From Acidimicrobiaceae bacterium (GTDB lineage Bacteria > Actinomycetota > Acidimicrobiia > Acidimicrobiales > RAAP-2): 64,000 nucleotides of DNA. The translations under genes were made by a program, and so were the position numbers. The notes beneath the pieces are model-generated. The model was given only the letters and a program-made list of their open reading frames with translations. It had not been told where the DNA came from and did not search any database. Of the stretch, positions 24,978 through 34,819 are shown piece by piece; position 1 is the first letter of the stretch, and each line of letters starts with the position of its first letter. Where the stretch lies: positions 1,451 through 65,450 of the forward strand of contig PLZF01000098.1 in NCBI GenBank assembly GCA_003152015.1, read 5' to 3'.

Positions 24978-26282
24978 ATGCGTGTCGTGAAGCTTGATCC
25001 GACCGAGGACGGGGCCCGCCCTCGGACACCCCGGGAGAACCGTCTTGCCCTTGGCCGGTGTGGCACCATCGGCTCCGTACTGATGGTTGCCGCGCTGATA
25101 CTGAGCGCATGTGGGTCATCAACTGGTCGGTTGGCGGCGACCATCCCAGCCCCGGTCGGACTGCCGTCCTTTTATTCGGCTCCGATCAAACTCCCGTCGC
25201 GCAGCCCGGGAGCGCTGATCAAATCACAAAAGGTTCCGAGTGGCGGAGTCCATGGGGCCGCCTACCTGGTCATGTACGTATCGGAAGACGTGCATGGTGC
25301 TCCCGTCCTGGTCACCGGGTTGATCATGGTCCCTACAACACCGGCGCCGGCCACCGGGTATCCGATCGTCAGCTGGGGGCACGGTACCAACGGCATGGCC
25401 GATCAGTGCGCACCGTCGTTGGCGCCGACCAGCGCGGTGCCGGAGCAGAACACGTTCCTTGACCATGGGTGGGAAGTCACCGCCAGTGACTACCAAGGGG
25501 AAGGTACCCCGGGACTGTTGCCCTACCTGGTAGGGGTCGCCGCCGCCCGTAACACCATTGACATCGTGCGCGCCGCACAGCACCTCGCCGCCGCGAATGC
25601 CAGTACCAACTACGTGGTGTGGGGCCATTCCGAGGGCGGTCAGACCGCCATGTTCAGCCTGGTCACCGCCGAGTCGTACGCCCCAGACCTGACTCTGAAG
25701 GGCGTGGTCGCCGGTGCGCCGCCCTCTCAGTTCCAATACATCTACGACTTCTTGAAGACGAGTCCCTACCGGTACTACCTGTTTATGGCCGGTGCCGCCT
25801 GGAGCAGTGCGTATGGGAATGCGGTAGCCCCGTTGTCGGAGGTGGCGACACCCAAGGCCATTTCGCTCGTTCCCGTCCTGGAGAAAGGGTGTTCCGCCTA
25901 CATCGCCGCGCAGACGGATCGCTATCCGATCAACGAAATCCTCAAGGCTGACCCGTTCACCGTTCCGGCATGGAAGAAACTGTTGATTGCCAACGATCCC
26001 GGGCAACTCACCACCGCCAGCCCGGCACCGCTTCTGATCATCCAGGGAGGTGCCGACGCACAGATCCCGGTTGCCACCACTCAGGTACTCGAGCAGCACG
26101 AGTGCTCGATCGGACAGGAGGTCCAACGCTGGGTCTATCCCGGACTCAGTCACACCGGGGTGATCCCGGTGTCGACTCCGGACATGGTCCACTGGATTTC
26201 CGACCGGTTTGCCGGAGGCACCAATCCCGACCCCTATCAACCTGCGGGGGCCACGGGTATAGATGTGACCGCCTGCACCTGA
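24978..26282 (+). CDS. secretory lipase (LIP family) lipoprotein
   Basis: Frame trimmed to the ATG at 24978, preceded by AAGGAGAGGGGA. Signal ...VLMVAALILSACGSS. GHSEGG nucleophile motif. Confidence 0.75.
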   Translation: MRVVKLDPTEDGARPRTPRENRLALGRCGTIGSVLMVAALILSACGSSTGRLAATIPAPVGLPSFYSAPIKLPSRSPGALIKSQKVPSGGVHGAAYLVMYVSEDVHGAPVLVTGLIMVPTTPAPATGYPIVSWGHGTNGMADQCAPSLAPTSAVPEQNTFLDHGWEVTASDYQGEGTPGLLPYLVGVAAARNTIDIVRAAQHLAAANASTNYVVWGHSEGGQTAMFSLVTAESYAPDLTLKGVVAGAPPSQFQYIYDFLKTSPYRYYLFMAGAAWSSAYGNAVAPLSEVATPKAISLVPVLEKGCSAYIAAQTDRYPINEILKADPFTVPAWKKLLIANDPGQLTTASPAPLLIIQGGADAQIPVATTQVLEQHECSIGQEVQRWVYPGLSHTGVIPVSTPDMVHWISDRFAGGTNPDPYQPAGATGIDVTACT

Positions 26283-26427
26283 TGGTCCGCACGCGCAACT
26301 GCACTACCCGTAGGCGGTCACTGTCACGAACGACGGTGGTGGCACGGCGTCCGAGTCGGCAGGTTGGGCGGCGTTAGTGTGGCCCCGCTAGGCGGCAACA
26401 CCCCAAGGACGCCAAAAGGAGGCATCG

Positions 26428-26553
26428 ATGGCCAGTGGTCAGTGGCGGAAGAATCTGGTTATGACTGCCATGATCTTCGCGGTGGCCATGACATCCATCA
26501 ATCAGACCATCGTGTCCATTGCCGCGCCCCCCACGTCCCGCACCGAAGCGTGA
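26428..26553 (+). pseudogene. 41-codon remnant of an MFS transporter N-terminus
   Basis: AAAGGAGG RBS, then ATG at 26428. MASGQWRKNLVMTAMIFAVAMTSINQTIVSIAAP resembles TM1 of DHA-type MFS proteins, and the frame then stops. The next gene starts 20 nt later. Confidence 0.4.
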
Positions 26554-26572
26554 GCCGCAGAATGGGAGTGTG

Positions 26573-27976
26573 ATGATGGCGTTCGATCTGAACGCAGTGC
26601 TGGGGGGTTATCGAGGTGACAGCTTCGACCTACATTCCCAGTTTCTGAACCCGCAACTCGTCAAGGTCCTCCGCACCCTTGGCTTCGATCGTCATTATGT
26701 GCGGGGGGAGGGGTCGTATCTCATCGACGACAAGGGCGTCAGTTATCTCGATTTCCTGTCGGGATTCGGCGTCTACGCACTGGGCCGGAGCCACCCGGTC
26801 ATCAAGGACGCCCTCCATCAGGCGCTGGATGCAGATCTCCCTAATCTGGTGCAACTCGACTGCGCGGTCCTGCCGGGGTTGCTGGCCGAGGCCCTGGTGG
26901 GCAGGGCCCACCCCGGGATCGAGCGGGTGACCTTTTGCAACTCGGGTGCCGAAGCGACCGAGACCGCCATCAAGTTCGCTAGGTGTGCGACCGGGCGTGG
27001 CCGGATCCTCTACTGCGACCATGCCTTTCATGGGCTCACCAACGGTGCGCTCTCGCTCAATGGGGGCAGTGAATTCCGGAACGGGTTCGAGCCACTCCTA
27101 CCCAAGTGTGACCGGATCCCATTCGGAGACCTCGATGCCTTGGCCCGTGAGTTGGCGCGAGGAGACGTGGCCGCTTTTGTAGTGGAGCCGATTCAGGGAA
27201 AGGGTGTCTACATGGCTCCCGACGGGTACTGGCCCGAAGCGCAGGCCCTGTGTCGTAAGCGCGGTGCATTGCTGGCTATCGACGAGGTCCAGACCGGGCT
27301 GGGTCGTACCGGCCGGTTCTTCTGTCATGAGCATTGGGATCTGCAGCCCGACATCATCACCATCTCCAAAGCGTTGTCGGGTGGATATATCCCGGTGGGC
27401 GCGGTGCTCACCTCAGCCAAGACGTTCGATGCCGTCTACGACTCGATGGACCGGGCGGTGGTGCACTCATCGACATTCTCGAGGAACCAGCTGGCCATGG
27501 TGGCCGGGTTGGCCACGCTGGGTGTCATCGATGACGAGGACATCGTGGAACGCTCCCGTCGCAACGGTGATCGCTTGATGGAGGCGCTGGCCCCCTTGGT
27601 CGAGAAGTATGAGGTGCTCCACGAGGTACGAGGCAAAGGCCTCATGATCGGTTTGGAGTTCGTTGCCCCCACCAGGCGCGGCCCCCGCACTCGGTTCCGC
27701 ATGATGGAACTGGCCCGAAAGGGACTGTTCTCACAGTTGATAGTGGTGCCCCTGTTCCACCGGCACCACATCCTCACCCAGGTGGCGGCCGACAACGTGA
27801 ACATCATAAAGCTGCTGCCACCCCTCATCATCGGAGAGGCAGAGATCAAACTGTTCGTGGCCGCCATCGACGATGTCCTGAGCGACGCCGAACGGAGCTC
27901 GGGATTGCTGGTGGAGGTGGTCAAGACCATGACCATGAACACTCTGCGGCGGCGTAAGCCGGTGAGCCACCGGTGA
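26573..27976 (+). CDS. class-III (PLP-dependent) aminotransferase
   Basis: Frame trimmed to the ATG at 26573. FCNSGAEATETAIKFAR, AIDEVQTGLGRTGRFF, and the PLP lysine context ITISKALSGG. Confidence 0.85.
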   Translation: MMAFDLNAVLGGYRGDSFDLHSQFLNPQLVKVLRTLGFDRHYVRGEGSYLIDDKGVSYLDFLSGFGVYALGRSHPVIKDALHQALDADLPNLVQLDCAVLPGLLAEALVGRAHPGIERVTFCNSGAEATETAIKFARCATGRGRILYCDHAFHGLTNGALSLNGGSEFRNGFEPLLPKCDRIPFGDLDALARELARGDVAAFVVEPIQGKGVYMAPDGYWPEAQALCRKRGALLAIDEVQTGLGRTGRFFCHEHWDLQPDIITISKALSGGYIPVGAVLTSAKTFDAVYDSMDRAVVHSSTFSRNQLAMVAGLATLGVIDDEDIVERSRRNGDRLMEALAPLVEKYEVLHEVRGKGLMIGLEFVAPTRRGPRTRFRMMELARKGLFSQLIVVPLFHRHHILTQVAADNVNIIKLLPPLIIGEAEIKLFVAAIDDVLSDAERSSGLLVEVVKTMTMNTLRRRKPVSHR

Positions 27977-29037
27977 CGGACCCGGATACCTATGCTTTGG
28001 AGCCGGGGGATCGGGTGGTGGTCACCGGCGCCGCCGGATTCATCGGCTCCGCGGTGACCCGGGAGCTGCTGGCCCTAGACACACACGTGGTGGCACTGGT
28101 GGAGCCGGACGGGGATACCCGCAACCTCGACGACCTGGTGGTGGAGCGGGTCACTGTCGACCTCCGTGACGCCGATGGCGTGGCCAAGGCGATCGACGGG
28201 GCCCGGACCGTCTTCCATCTGGCTGCGCTCTACCGGTTTTGGTCAACCGATCCTCACTCCTTTTACGACGTGAATGTGGTCGGCACCCGCAACGTGCTCA
28301 CTGCGGCCAGGGAATCGGCGGTCGGACGGGTCGTCTATACGTCGACGGTGGGTACGCTCGGTCTTCGCGGTGCCACCGCAGGGGCCCCGGTGGACGAGAC
28401 CTCCTTCGCCCATATCGATCATCTGTTCGGCCTGTACAAGCAGTCGAAATACGTAGCCGAGCACGAGGTACTGCGGGCCGGGGCTGAAGGCCTACCGGTG
28501 ATACTTGTCCAGCCCACCACCCCGGTCGGCCCCGGTGATCGCGGCCCCACGCCGACGGGCAAAACTGTCCTTGAATTCCTCAACGGGCGCATTCCTGGTT
28601 TCGTCGACACCACCCTGAATATCGTCGACGTTGATGACGTCGCCCGCGGCCACCTCCTGGCGGCCGAACGAGGATCGATCGGCCGGAGCTACATCCTCGG
28701 GGGCGAGAACCTCTCGCTCCAACAGATCCTGGCTTCGCTGGCGGAGACCACCGGACTCCCGGCGCCGACCCGACGGTTTCCGAACTCCCTGGCTTTGGGG
28801 GCCGGGTGGGTCTCCGATGTGGTCGAGGGCCGTATTCTCCATCGGGAGCCGTCGATTCCACTCGAGGCGGCCCGGATGTCCACCACCCACATGTCCTTCG
28901 ACGACGCTCGTGCCCGTCGCGAGCTGGGGTATGGGTCGCGGCCAGCCAGCGAGGCCCTGGCCCGGGCGGCACGGTGGTTCGCCGACGCCGGGTACATTCG
29001 ACCTGACCGGCTGGACCATTTTGAGTGGAGGACGTAA
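27973..29037 (+). CDS. NAD-dependent epimerase/dehydratase family protein
   Basis: VVVTGAAGFIGSAVTREL Rossmann motif and YKQSK catalytic motif. 4-nt overlap with the aminotransferase gene. Confidence 0.8.
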   Translation: MTDPDTYALEPGDRVVVTGAAGFIGSAVTRELLALDTHVVALVEPDGDTRNLDDLVVERVTVDLRDADGVAKAIDGARTVFHLAALYRFWSTDPHSFYDVNVVGTRNVLTAARESAVGRVVYTSTVGTLGLRGATAGAPVDETSFAHIDHLFGLYKQSKYVAEHEVLRAGAEGLPVILVQPTTPVGPGDRGPTPTGKTVLEFLNGRIPGFVDTTLNIVDVDDVARGHLLAAERGSIGRSYILGGENLSLQQILASLAETTGLPAPTRRFPNSLALGAGWVSDVVEGRILHREPSIPLEAARMSTTHMSFDDARARRELGYGSRPASEALARAARWFADAGYIRPDRLDHFEWRT

Positions 29038-29535
29038 ATGCGCATTGTGATCGGCTCCGACCATGCTGGTTTTGTCCTGAAAGGCTTGGTGATCCAACGC
29101 CTGCGGACCGAAGGTCACGACGTGACCGACGTCGGGACCAACTCCGAGGTCTCGGTGGACTATCCGCCTATCTGTGCTGACGTCGCCCGCCGTGTGGTGC
29201 GAGGTGAAGGGGCGCTTGGCATAGTCATCGGGGGAAGCGGCCAGGGTGAGGCCATCGCCGCCAATAAGGTCCATGGTGCGCGAGCGGCCCTCTGCCACGA
29301 TGAGTACACCTCGCGCCTGGCCCGCCGCCACAACGATGCCAATGTGTTGTCGCTCGGTGCCCGGGTGGTCGCCACCGAGTTGGCACTCGACATCATCGAG
29401 GTCTTTCTCAAAACGGGATTCGCTGGTGGTCGCCACATGGCCCGAGTCGAGGAGTTGGCGGTCATCGAAACCGAAGAGGATCGTGGTATCGGGGGCCACG
29501 AGGGTGAAGGAGCCCCGCGGCCGCCCACCGCATGA
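29038..29535 (+). CDS. rpiB: ribose-5-phosphate isomerase B
   Basis: MRIVIGSDHAGFVLK...GIVIGGSGQGEAIAANKVHGARAALCHD...RRHNDANVLSLGARV is a strong RpiB/LacAB signature. Confidence 0.9.
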   Translation: MRIVIGSDHAGFVLKGLVIQRLRTEGHDVTDVGTNSEVSVDYPPICADVARRVVRGEGALGIVIGGSGQGEAIAANKVHGARAALCHDEYTSRLARRHNDANVLSLGARVVATELALDIIEVFLKTGFAGGRHMARVEELAVIETEEDRGIGGHEGEGAPRPPTA

Positions 29536-30911
29536 ACCGGGCTCCCGAGGTCACCAGGTATCGGGCCGACGCCGTCCTCCCCTGCGATGGCACCGGCCAC
29601 GTGTTCCGGCCTGGCGAGGTGGAGATCTCGGGGGATTCGGTCACCTATGTGGGATTCCCGCGTGACGGTGGCCACGGTGGCCCCCACGCCTCTGCCACCC
29701 ACGGAGCTGCCCCGGCCGGCGACGTCGAGGAGGTGCGGCTCTCGGGGCTCCTGCTCCCCGGTTTCGTCAACGTCCACTGCCACTCGCCGATGACCCTCTT
29801 CCGCGGGTCGGGTGAGAACCTGCCCTTACTCCGCTGGCTCCGCGAAGTGCTGTGGCCGCGAGAGGCCCGGTTGACCTCCGACGATGTGTTCTGGGGCATG
29901 ACCCTGGCTTCGGCTGAACTCTTGCAACTGGGGGTGACCACCAGTTGCGAGATGTATTTCTTTGAGGACGCAGTGGCCGATGCGGTGCTGGCCGCCGGTT
30001 CTCGGGTCGTCATCACGCCGGCGGCGTTGTCCCTGGCCCGGCCCGAGGACGCGGCGCACACCGGCGATGCCTGGTGGGCGGAACGCCTCGAGGAAGTCTC
30101 CGACTTCCATGCCCGCCGCCACGGCGAGAGCGGTCGCATCGAGGTCGGATTCGGGCCTCACGCCGCCTATACGGTGCCCCTCAAGGTACTGGCGGATATT
30201 GCCGAGGTGGCCCAAGAGCTCGACGCCATTTTCCATATTCACGTGGCCGAGACCGAGGGTGAGGTGGAGGGCTATGCCGCCGAGCACGGGCGGTCGGTGC
30301 CGGAGGCATTGGCCGATGTCGGCGCCCTCGATGGACGGGTCATCGCCGCCCACAGCATTTGGATATCGGATACCGACATCGCCCTCTACCGCCTCCACGA
30401 TGTGGCCGTTGCCCACTGTCCGCAGAGCAATGCCAAGCTGGCCTCGGGAGTTGCCCCGCTTTCCCGGTTGTTGGCAGAGGGGATACGGGTCGGCCTGGGG
30501 ACCGACGGCCCGGCATCCAACAACAACCTTGACCTATGGGAGGAGATGCGCTTCGCCGCCCTGGTGGCCCGAATCCACGACCGTGATGCGGCGGCCATTC
30601 CGGCCGCGACCGCGCTCGACCTGGCCACACGCGGGGGTGGGGCAGTCCTCGGCCGCTCCGATCTGGGCACCCTGGCCGCCGGGTCCAAGGCCGACATGGT
30701 GCTGGTCAACATGGAGGACCCGGCCTTCGGTCCGATTCATGAGGACGCCCATGTGGTGGAGCACGTGGTGTGGTCGGCGTCGAGCCGCCTGGTGACCGAT
30801 GTGTGGGTGGCGGGCCGGCAGGTCGTCACCGGTGGCCGCTGCCTGACAGTTGACGTGGGTGAGGCCCGCCGTCAGGTCGAGGACCGGTCCCGTCGCCTGC
30901 TGGCCGGCTGA
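29532..30911 (+). CDS. amidohydrolase (MtaD / nucleoside-deaminase-like)
   Basis: FVNVHCHSPMTLFRG metal-binding HxH motif, later HVAE and the DGPASNNNLD region. 4-nt overlap with rpiB. Confidence 0.8.
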   Translation: MNRAPEVTRYRADAVLPCDGTGHVFRPGEVEISGDSVTYVGFPRDGGHGGPHASATHGAAPAGDVEEVRLSGLLLPGFVNVHCHSPMTLFRGSGENLPLLRWLREVLWPREARLTSDDVFWGMTLASAELLQLGVTTSCEMYFFEDAVADAVLAAGSRVVITPAALSLARPEDAAHTGDAWWAERLEEVSDFHARRHGESGRIEVGFGPHAAYTVPLKVLADIAEVAQELDAIFHIHVAETEGEVEGYAAEHGRSVPEALADVGALDGRVIAAHSIWISDTDIALYRLHDVAVAHCPQSNAKLASGVAPLSRLLAEGIRVGLGTDGPASNNNLDLWEEMRFAALVARIHDRDAAAIPAATALDLATRGGGAVLGRSDLGTLAAGSKADMVLVNMEDPAFGPIHEDAHVVEHVVWSASSRLVTDVWVAGRQVVTGGRCLTVDVGEARRQVEDRSRRLLAG

Positions 30912-30965
30912 GATTGGCTGCGAGTCCCGTCAGGCCGGGCTCTCGGAGGTCGGGCTCAGGGTGGT

Positions 30966-31454
30966 TCAGGTCAGTTGGCGATCGGCGAAACGACCGGCCG
31001 CGTTGGCGAACCGGAAGATGAGGAGTCGGAGTATCACCCACACGGCAGCTCCGGTCCCGGGCAATTTGGGCGTGAAGCTGACCGACCAGGTGATGGTGGT
31101 ACCTCCGCTCTTGGGTGAGAGGTCGACATCGGCTCGATAATCGCGGACCGGAAATCCGCTGAGTATGGCGTAGCTGAGATGGGTGGGTGGCTCCCATGCC
31201 AGCACTTCTTCGCGTGAGCCGACGCCGAAGGCGGTAAACCGCCGGACCGCCCCCACTCCATCAGGAGCCGGAATGCCTTGGCGCTCGAGGTCACTACGGG
31301 TCAGGAAGGACCACTCCTTCCATCGCCCGGCTTCCCCGACCAGGGACCAGACGTCTCCCATCGGAGCCCGTGAATGGGATACCTGAGTGAACGACCATCG
31401 CCCCTGGTTGTCGCGACCTCCGCCAGGTGCCCTGCCGGTGTGTCGGTTCGCCAT
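30966..31454 (-). CDS. SRPBCC family protein
   Basis: 162-aa ORF. The VWSLVGEAGRWKEW...FGVGSREEVLAWEP pattern is typical of polyketide_cyc2-like SRPBCC proteins. Confidence 0.65.
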   Translation of the reverse strand: MANRHTGRAPGGGRDNQGRWSFTQVSHSRAPMGDVWSLVGEAGRWKEWSFLTRSDLERQGIPAPDGVGAVRRFTAFGVGSREEVLAWEPPTHLSYAILSGFPVRDYRADVDLSPKSGGTTITWSVSFTPKLPGTGAAVWVILRLLIFRFANAAGRFADRQLT

Positions 31455-31473
31455 GGCCCTTCCTGTTCCCGAC

Positions 31474-31857
31474 TCAGCCTTCGACGTGAGTTTTGAGTGC
31501 CGCCAGGGACTGCTGGTAGATGGAGGTCATGACCTCGGCCATCTCATCGGGGGTGGCGTCGACGTCCCACGTCACATGAGAGGTCTCTCCGGTCGGGGTG
31601 ACGGTGATGACGCCTTGGTGGCTCTCCACCGGGGCGCCATTGGTGATGGAGTAGGACAGGACTCGTCCGGCATCGTCCTTCGATACCAACCTTTCGGTGA
31701 TCTCCATTCCCATGGTGACCAGGATTCTGTCCTCGCCCTCGACCCGACAGGATTCGACACCGGGCATCCAGTCGCCGATTCCGCCGAAGTCACCGATCAC
31801 TGCCCACACTTTGTCGGCTGATCCGTCGATGTCGATTGTTGCGTTTCCATGTCCCAT
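31474..31857 (-). CDS. SRPBCC family protein
   Basis: IDGSADKVWAVIGDFGGIGDWMPGVESCRVEG...ITERLVS...SYSI is a classic SRPBCC (MxaD/CoxG-like) pattern. Confidence 0.75.
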   Translation of the reverse strand: MGHGNATIDIDGSADKVWAVIGDFGGIGDWMPGVESCRVEGEDRILVTMGMEITERLVSKDDAGRVLSYSITNGAPVESHQGVITVTPTGETSHVTWDVDATPDEMAEVMTSIYQQSLAALKTHVEG

Positions 31858-31977
31858 GGTTCCCCCTGGATGATTGATGTTCCACTGGTTCAGATAGTGC
31901 CGCTGATGCTAGCGGCGCCGCGTCAAGTAATCCGAATCGATGGGTAACGAGGACGCAGAGAGGACGCAGGGACTAAG

Positions 31978-32910
31978 TTGCTCCCCATGAGCGGCCCGGT
32001 CAGCTACCGCACAGCTTCTCTGGCCGACGCGCTGGTGTTGCTGGCTGTGGGAGTATCCGCCTGCAGCTTGTTATCGGCGACGAAGCCGAAGGCGCGGGCC
32101 AACCGGTACTACGTGTCGCTGGGTGATTCGTATGCGGCTGGGTATCAGCCGACAGGCGCGGATGTGGGCCAGACTGTGGGCCACACCACCACCAACGGCT
32201 TCGCCTACCAACTGCCCAAGCTGGCCGCTTCCCGCGGCTACAACCTCACCCTGGTGAATTTTGGATGCGCTGCTGCCACCACCACCTTGATTCTGCGCGC
32301 GTTGGGGTGTTGGGGGGAACTGGGACCGGGTGCGCCGACCTATGGCGGCCAGTCGCAAGCCACCGCTGCTGACCAGTTCCTCTCCCAGCACCAAGGGAGG
32401 ATCGGGCTGGTCACTGTCTCGATCGGCATGAACGACGTCACCAATTGCACCTCCAGTTCTGATCTGATCAGCTGCGTGGCAGCCGCCACTAGGACCATCA
32501 AGACGAATCTCGCCGTGCTGCTGCCGGCACTGCGAGCTGCCGCCGGCCCCGCGGTGCCGATCATCGGGATCACCTACCCCGACGTCATCCTGGGCGACTA
32601 CCTGTCAACGAACACTGCCACCAAGAGCCTGGCGACACTGTCGGTGAACGCGTTCCAGTCCCTGATCAACCCGGCCCTTCAGCAGCAGTATCAGGCCATC
32701 GGCGCCACCTTTGTCGACGTGACTTCCGCCACCGGCGCCTACACACCGTTCACCCAGACCACCAGCCTCTCTGGGTACGGCACCGTTCCGATCGCGGTGG
32801 CTCGTGTCTGTGAGCTGACCTTTTTCTGTCAGTACAGTGACATCCACCCACGTACTGTCGGATACACGGAAATTGCCACGCTCATTGCGGCCGCCCTTCC
32901 GAAGCGGTGA
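31978..32910 (+). CDS. SGNH/GDSL hydrolase family lipoprotein
   Basis: Signal ALVLLAVGVSACS. Block I YVSLGDSYAAGY with the catalytic Ser. C-terminal DIHP block V. Confidence 0.75.
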   Translation: MLPMSGPVSYRTASLADALVLLAVGVSACSLLSATKPKARANRYYVSLGDSYAAGYQPTGADVGQTVGHTTTNGFAYQLPKLAASRGYNLTLVNFGCAAATTTLILRALGCWGELGPGAPTYGGQSQATAADQFLSQHQGRIGLVTVSIGMNDVTNCTSSSDLISCVAAATRTIKTNLAVLLPALRAAAGPAVPIIGITYPDVILGDYLSTNTATKSLATLSVNAFQSLINPALQQQYQAIGATFVDVTSATGAYTPFTQTTSLSGYGTVPIAVARVCELTFFCQYSDIHPRTVGYTEIATLIAAALPKR

Positions 32911-33770
32911 CCCACGAGGCAGGCGCCGAGGGGGAGATGACGACGCAACCAGAAACGGCTGACACCGGAGGACCGGACGAACCCGATGCCGCCCTTTTCA
33001 TCCCGGATGGCGACGGCTTTCTCCCCACCGATCTGGCTAGGGGGCCGTGGACGCCAAAGGCGCTCCACGGCGGCCCGGTGGCGGCGCTGGTAGCCCGCGC
33101 CATCGAGCAATGCTCACCCGAGGGTGGGCAACAATTGGTTCGCCTGACCCTCGAATTGCTCCGCCCGGTACCGTCGTCCCGGCTCAACGTCACCGCCTTT
33201 CTGGTCAGGCCGGGGCGGAAGGTCCAGTTGGTGGATGCGGTAGTGGAATCGGGCGGGGTCGAGATGGCGTGGGCCCGGGCTCTGCGCATCCGGGTGGGTC
33301 CCGACGATCACCGGGCGGTGCCGACCGTTCCCGAGGATGATGCTCCACCTCCCCCCGAGGAGGGAATCACTTCCCCACATATGACCGACGGCTATCGGGC
33401 CTTTCACAACGAAGGTGTCGAGGTCCGCTTTGTCAAGGGACGGTTCAACAGCCTGGGGCCAGCCACAGCATGGTTCAGGTTGCGGTGCCCGGTGGTGGCG
33501 GGCGAAGACCCCTCGCCGTGGCAACGGGCGGCAGCGGTTGGCGACTTCGGCAACGGGATCTCCGCCGAGCTCGACTTCGCCTCGAATATTTTCATCAATC
33601 CTGATGTCTCGGTGTCGTTGTACCGTCCCCCGGTGGGTGAGTGGATCTGTCTCGACGGGCGTACCCGCTTCGGCACTCCGGGAATCGGCAGTGCGGAATC
33701 GGTGTTGTGGGATCTCCAGGGGCGGATCGGCCGAGCCATACAGAGCCTGCTCGTCGAGCCCATCACGTGA
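32907..33770 (+). CDS. thioesterase-like superfamily protein (acyl-CoA thioesterase II-like double hotdog)
   Basis: ARGPWTPKALHGGPVAALVARA and WFRLR...P motifs. About 280 aa. Confidence 0.65.
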   Translation: MTHEAGAEGEMTTQPETADTGGPDEPDAALFIPDGDGFLPTDLARGPWTPKALHGGPVAALVARAIEQCSPEGGQQLVRLTLELLRPVPSSRLNVTAFLVRPGRKVQLVDAVVESGGVEMAWARALRIRVGPDDHRAVPTVPEDDAPPPPEEGITSPHMTDGYRAFHNEGVEVRFVKGRFNSLGPATAWFRLRCPVVAGEDPSPWQRAAAVGDFGNGISAELDFASNIFINPDVSVSLYRPPVGEWICLDGRTRFGTPGIGSAESVLWDLQGRIGRAIQSLLVEPIT

Positions 33771-33832
33771 CCGGTGGCGTTGGATACGACTCATGATTAC
33801 CGTGCTTTCCGCAACACGATGACACGCAATGG

Positions 33833-34819
33833 GTGATCCGAGACGCCATGGGTGAGGCGGTCAGCCGACTGGGACGCACCTTCGCCAAGTGGTGGGTGAT
33901 CCTCAAGAGACAGATCACTGGGCTCGTCGATTGGTTCGACGAGGTTCAGCAGCGTCGTGCGGCCACGGCTGTCCCCGCGGCGGTTGTCCGGAAGTTCTCC
34001 GATGACCAGGGTGGTCGACTGGCCGGGCAGATCGCTTATGCGTCGTTCATGGCCGTGTTCCCCATGCTGATCGTCCTGTTGACCGGGCTGGGGGTGGTGC
34101 TGCACGGCGATCCACACCTACAGGAAGACATCGTGAATTCGGCGCTCAGGCAGTTCCCTGTGGTCGGATCCGACATCTCGAAGAACGTGCACCAACTGTC
34201 GGCCGGCAGCACCCTCGGGCTCTACGTCGGCCTGATCTGGCTGATGTACGGCGTACTGCGTCTGAGCCGGAGTGCACAGGTGATGATGGCGAGGGTCTGG
34301 GATATCGATAGAGATGATCTCCCCGGCTTTTGGCCCTGGCTGCCTCGTGCCGCCGGTTTTCTGCTCGTGATCGGAGTCGGATTCATCGGGGCGGGAGCAC
34401 TGGCCGGGTTGGGAGCCTTCGGTGGATTCGGCGGGTACTCGGTGTGGATCGGATTGCTCGCATCCTTTGCCGTCAATATCACCATGTACTGGTGCGCATA
34501 TTGGATTCTGGTGCACCTCCCTCCACAGCACCGGGTCCTGTGGCCGGGTGCACTCTTTGCCGGTTCCATCTGGACGCTCTTGCAGTTTGCCGGCGCCCAA
34601 CTGGTTGCCCATCAGCTGAAACACCTCTCGAATCTCTACGGCACGTTCGCCGCCGTGCTCGGTCTCATCTGGTGGCTGGCGCTCGGAGCCACCATCTCTG
34701 TCTATGGGGCAGAGCTCAACTCGGTGGTGAGTCGGAACCTCTGGCCGCGATCCCTTCACCGGGTCCGCGGTGATGGCCAAGCGAAGGATCCGGCTGGCAC
34801 CGTAGGAGAATCAGCGTGA
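33833..34819 (+). CDS. YihY/BrkB family membrane protein
   Basis: LAGQIAYASFMAVFPMLIVL and about 6 TM segments. C-terminal YGAELN motif. Confidence 0.75.
   Translation: MIRDAMGEAVSRLGRTFAKWWVILKRQITGLVDWFDEVQQRRAATAVPAAVVRKFSDDQGGRLAGQIAYASFMAVFPMLIVLLTGLGVVLHGDPHLQEDIVNSALRQFPVVGSDISKNVHQLSAGSTLGLYVGLIWLMYGVLRLSRSAQVMMARVWDIDRDDLPGFWPWLPRAAGFLLVIGVGFIGAGALAGLGAFGGFGGYSVWIGLLASFAVNITMYWCAYWILVHLPPQHRVLWPGALFAGSIWTLLQFAGAQLVAHQLKHLSNLYGTFAAVLGLIWWLALGATISVYGAELNSVVSRNLWPRSLHRVRGDGQAKDPAGTVGESA

Noticed and set aside
27973-29037. Calling the epimerase and aminotransferase HpnA/HpnO (hopanoid biosynthesis)
   Set aside because: No squalene-hopene cyclase, hpnH or other hopanoid genes are in the window. 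Similarity at the level I can judge by eye is only to the broad families.
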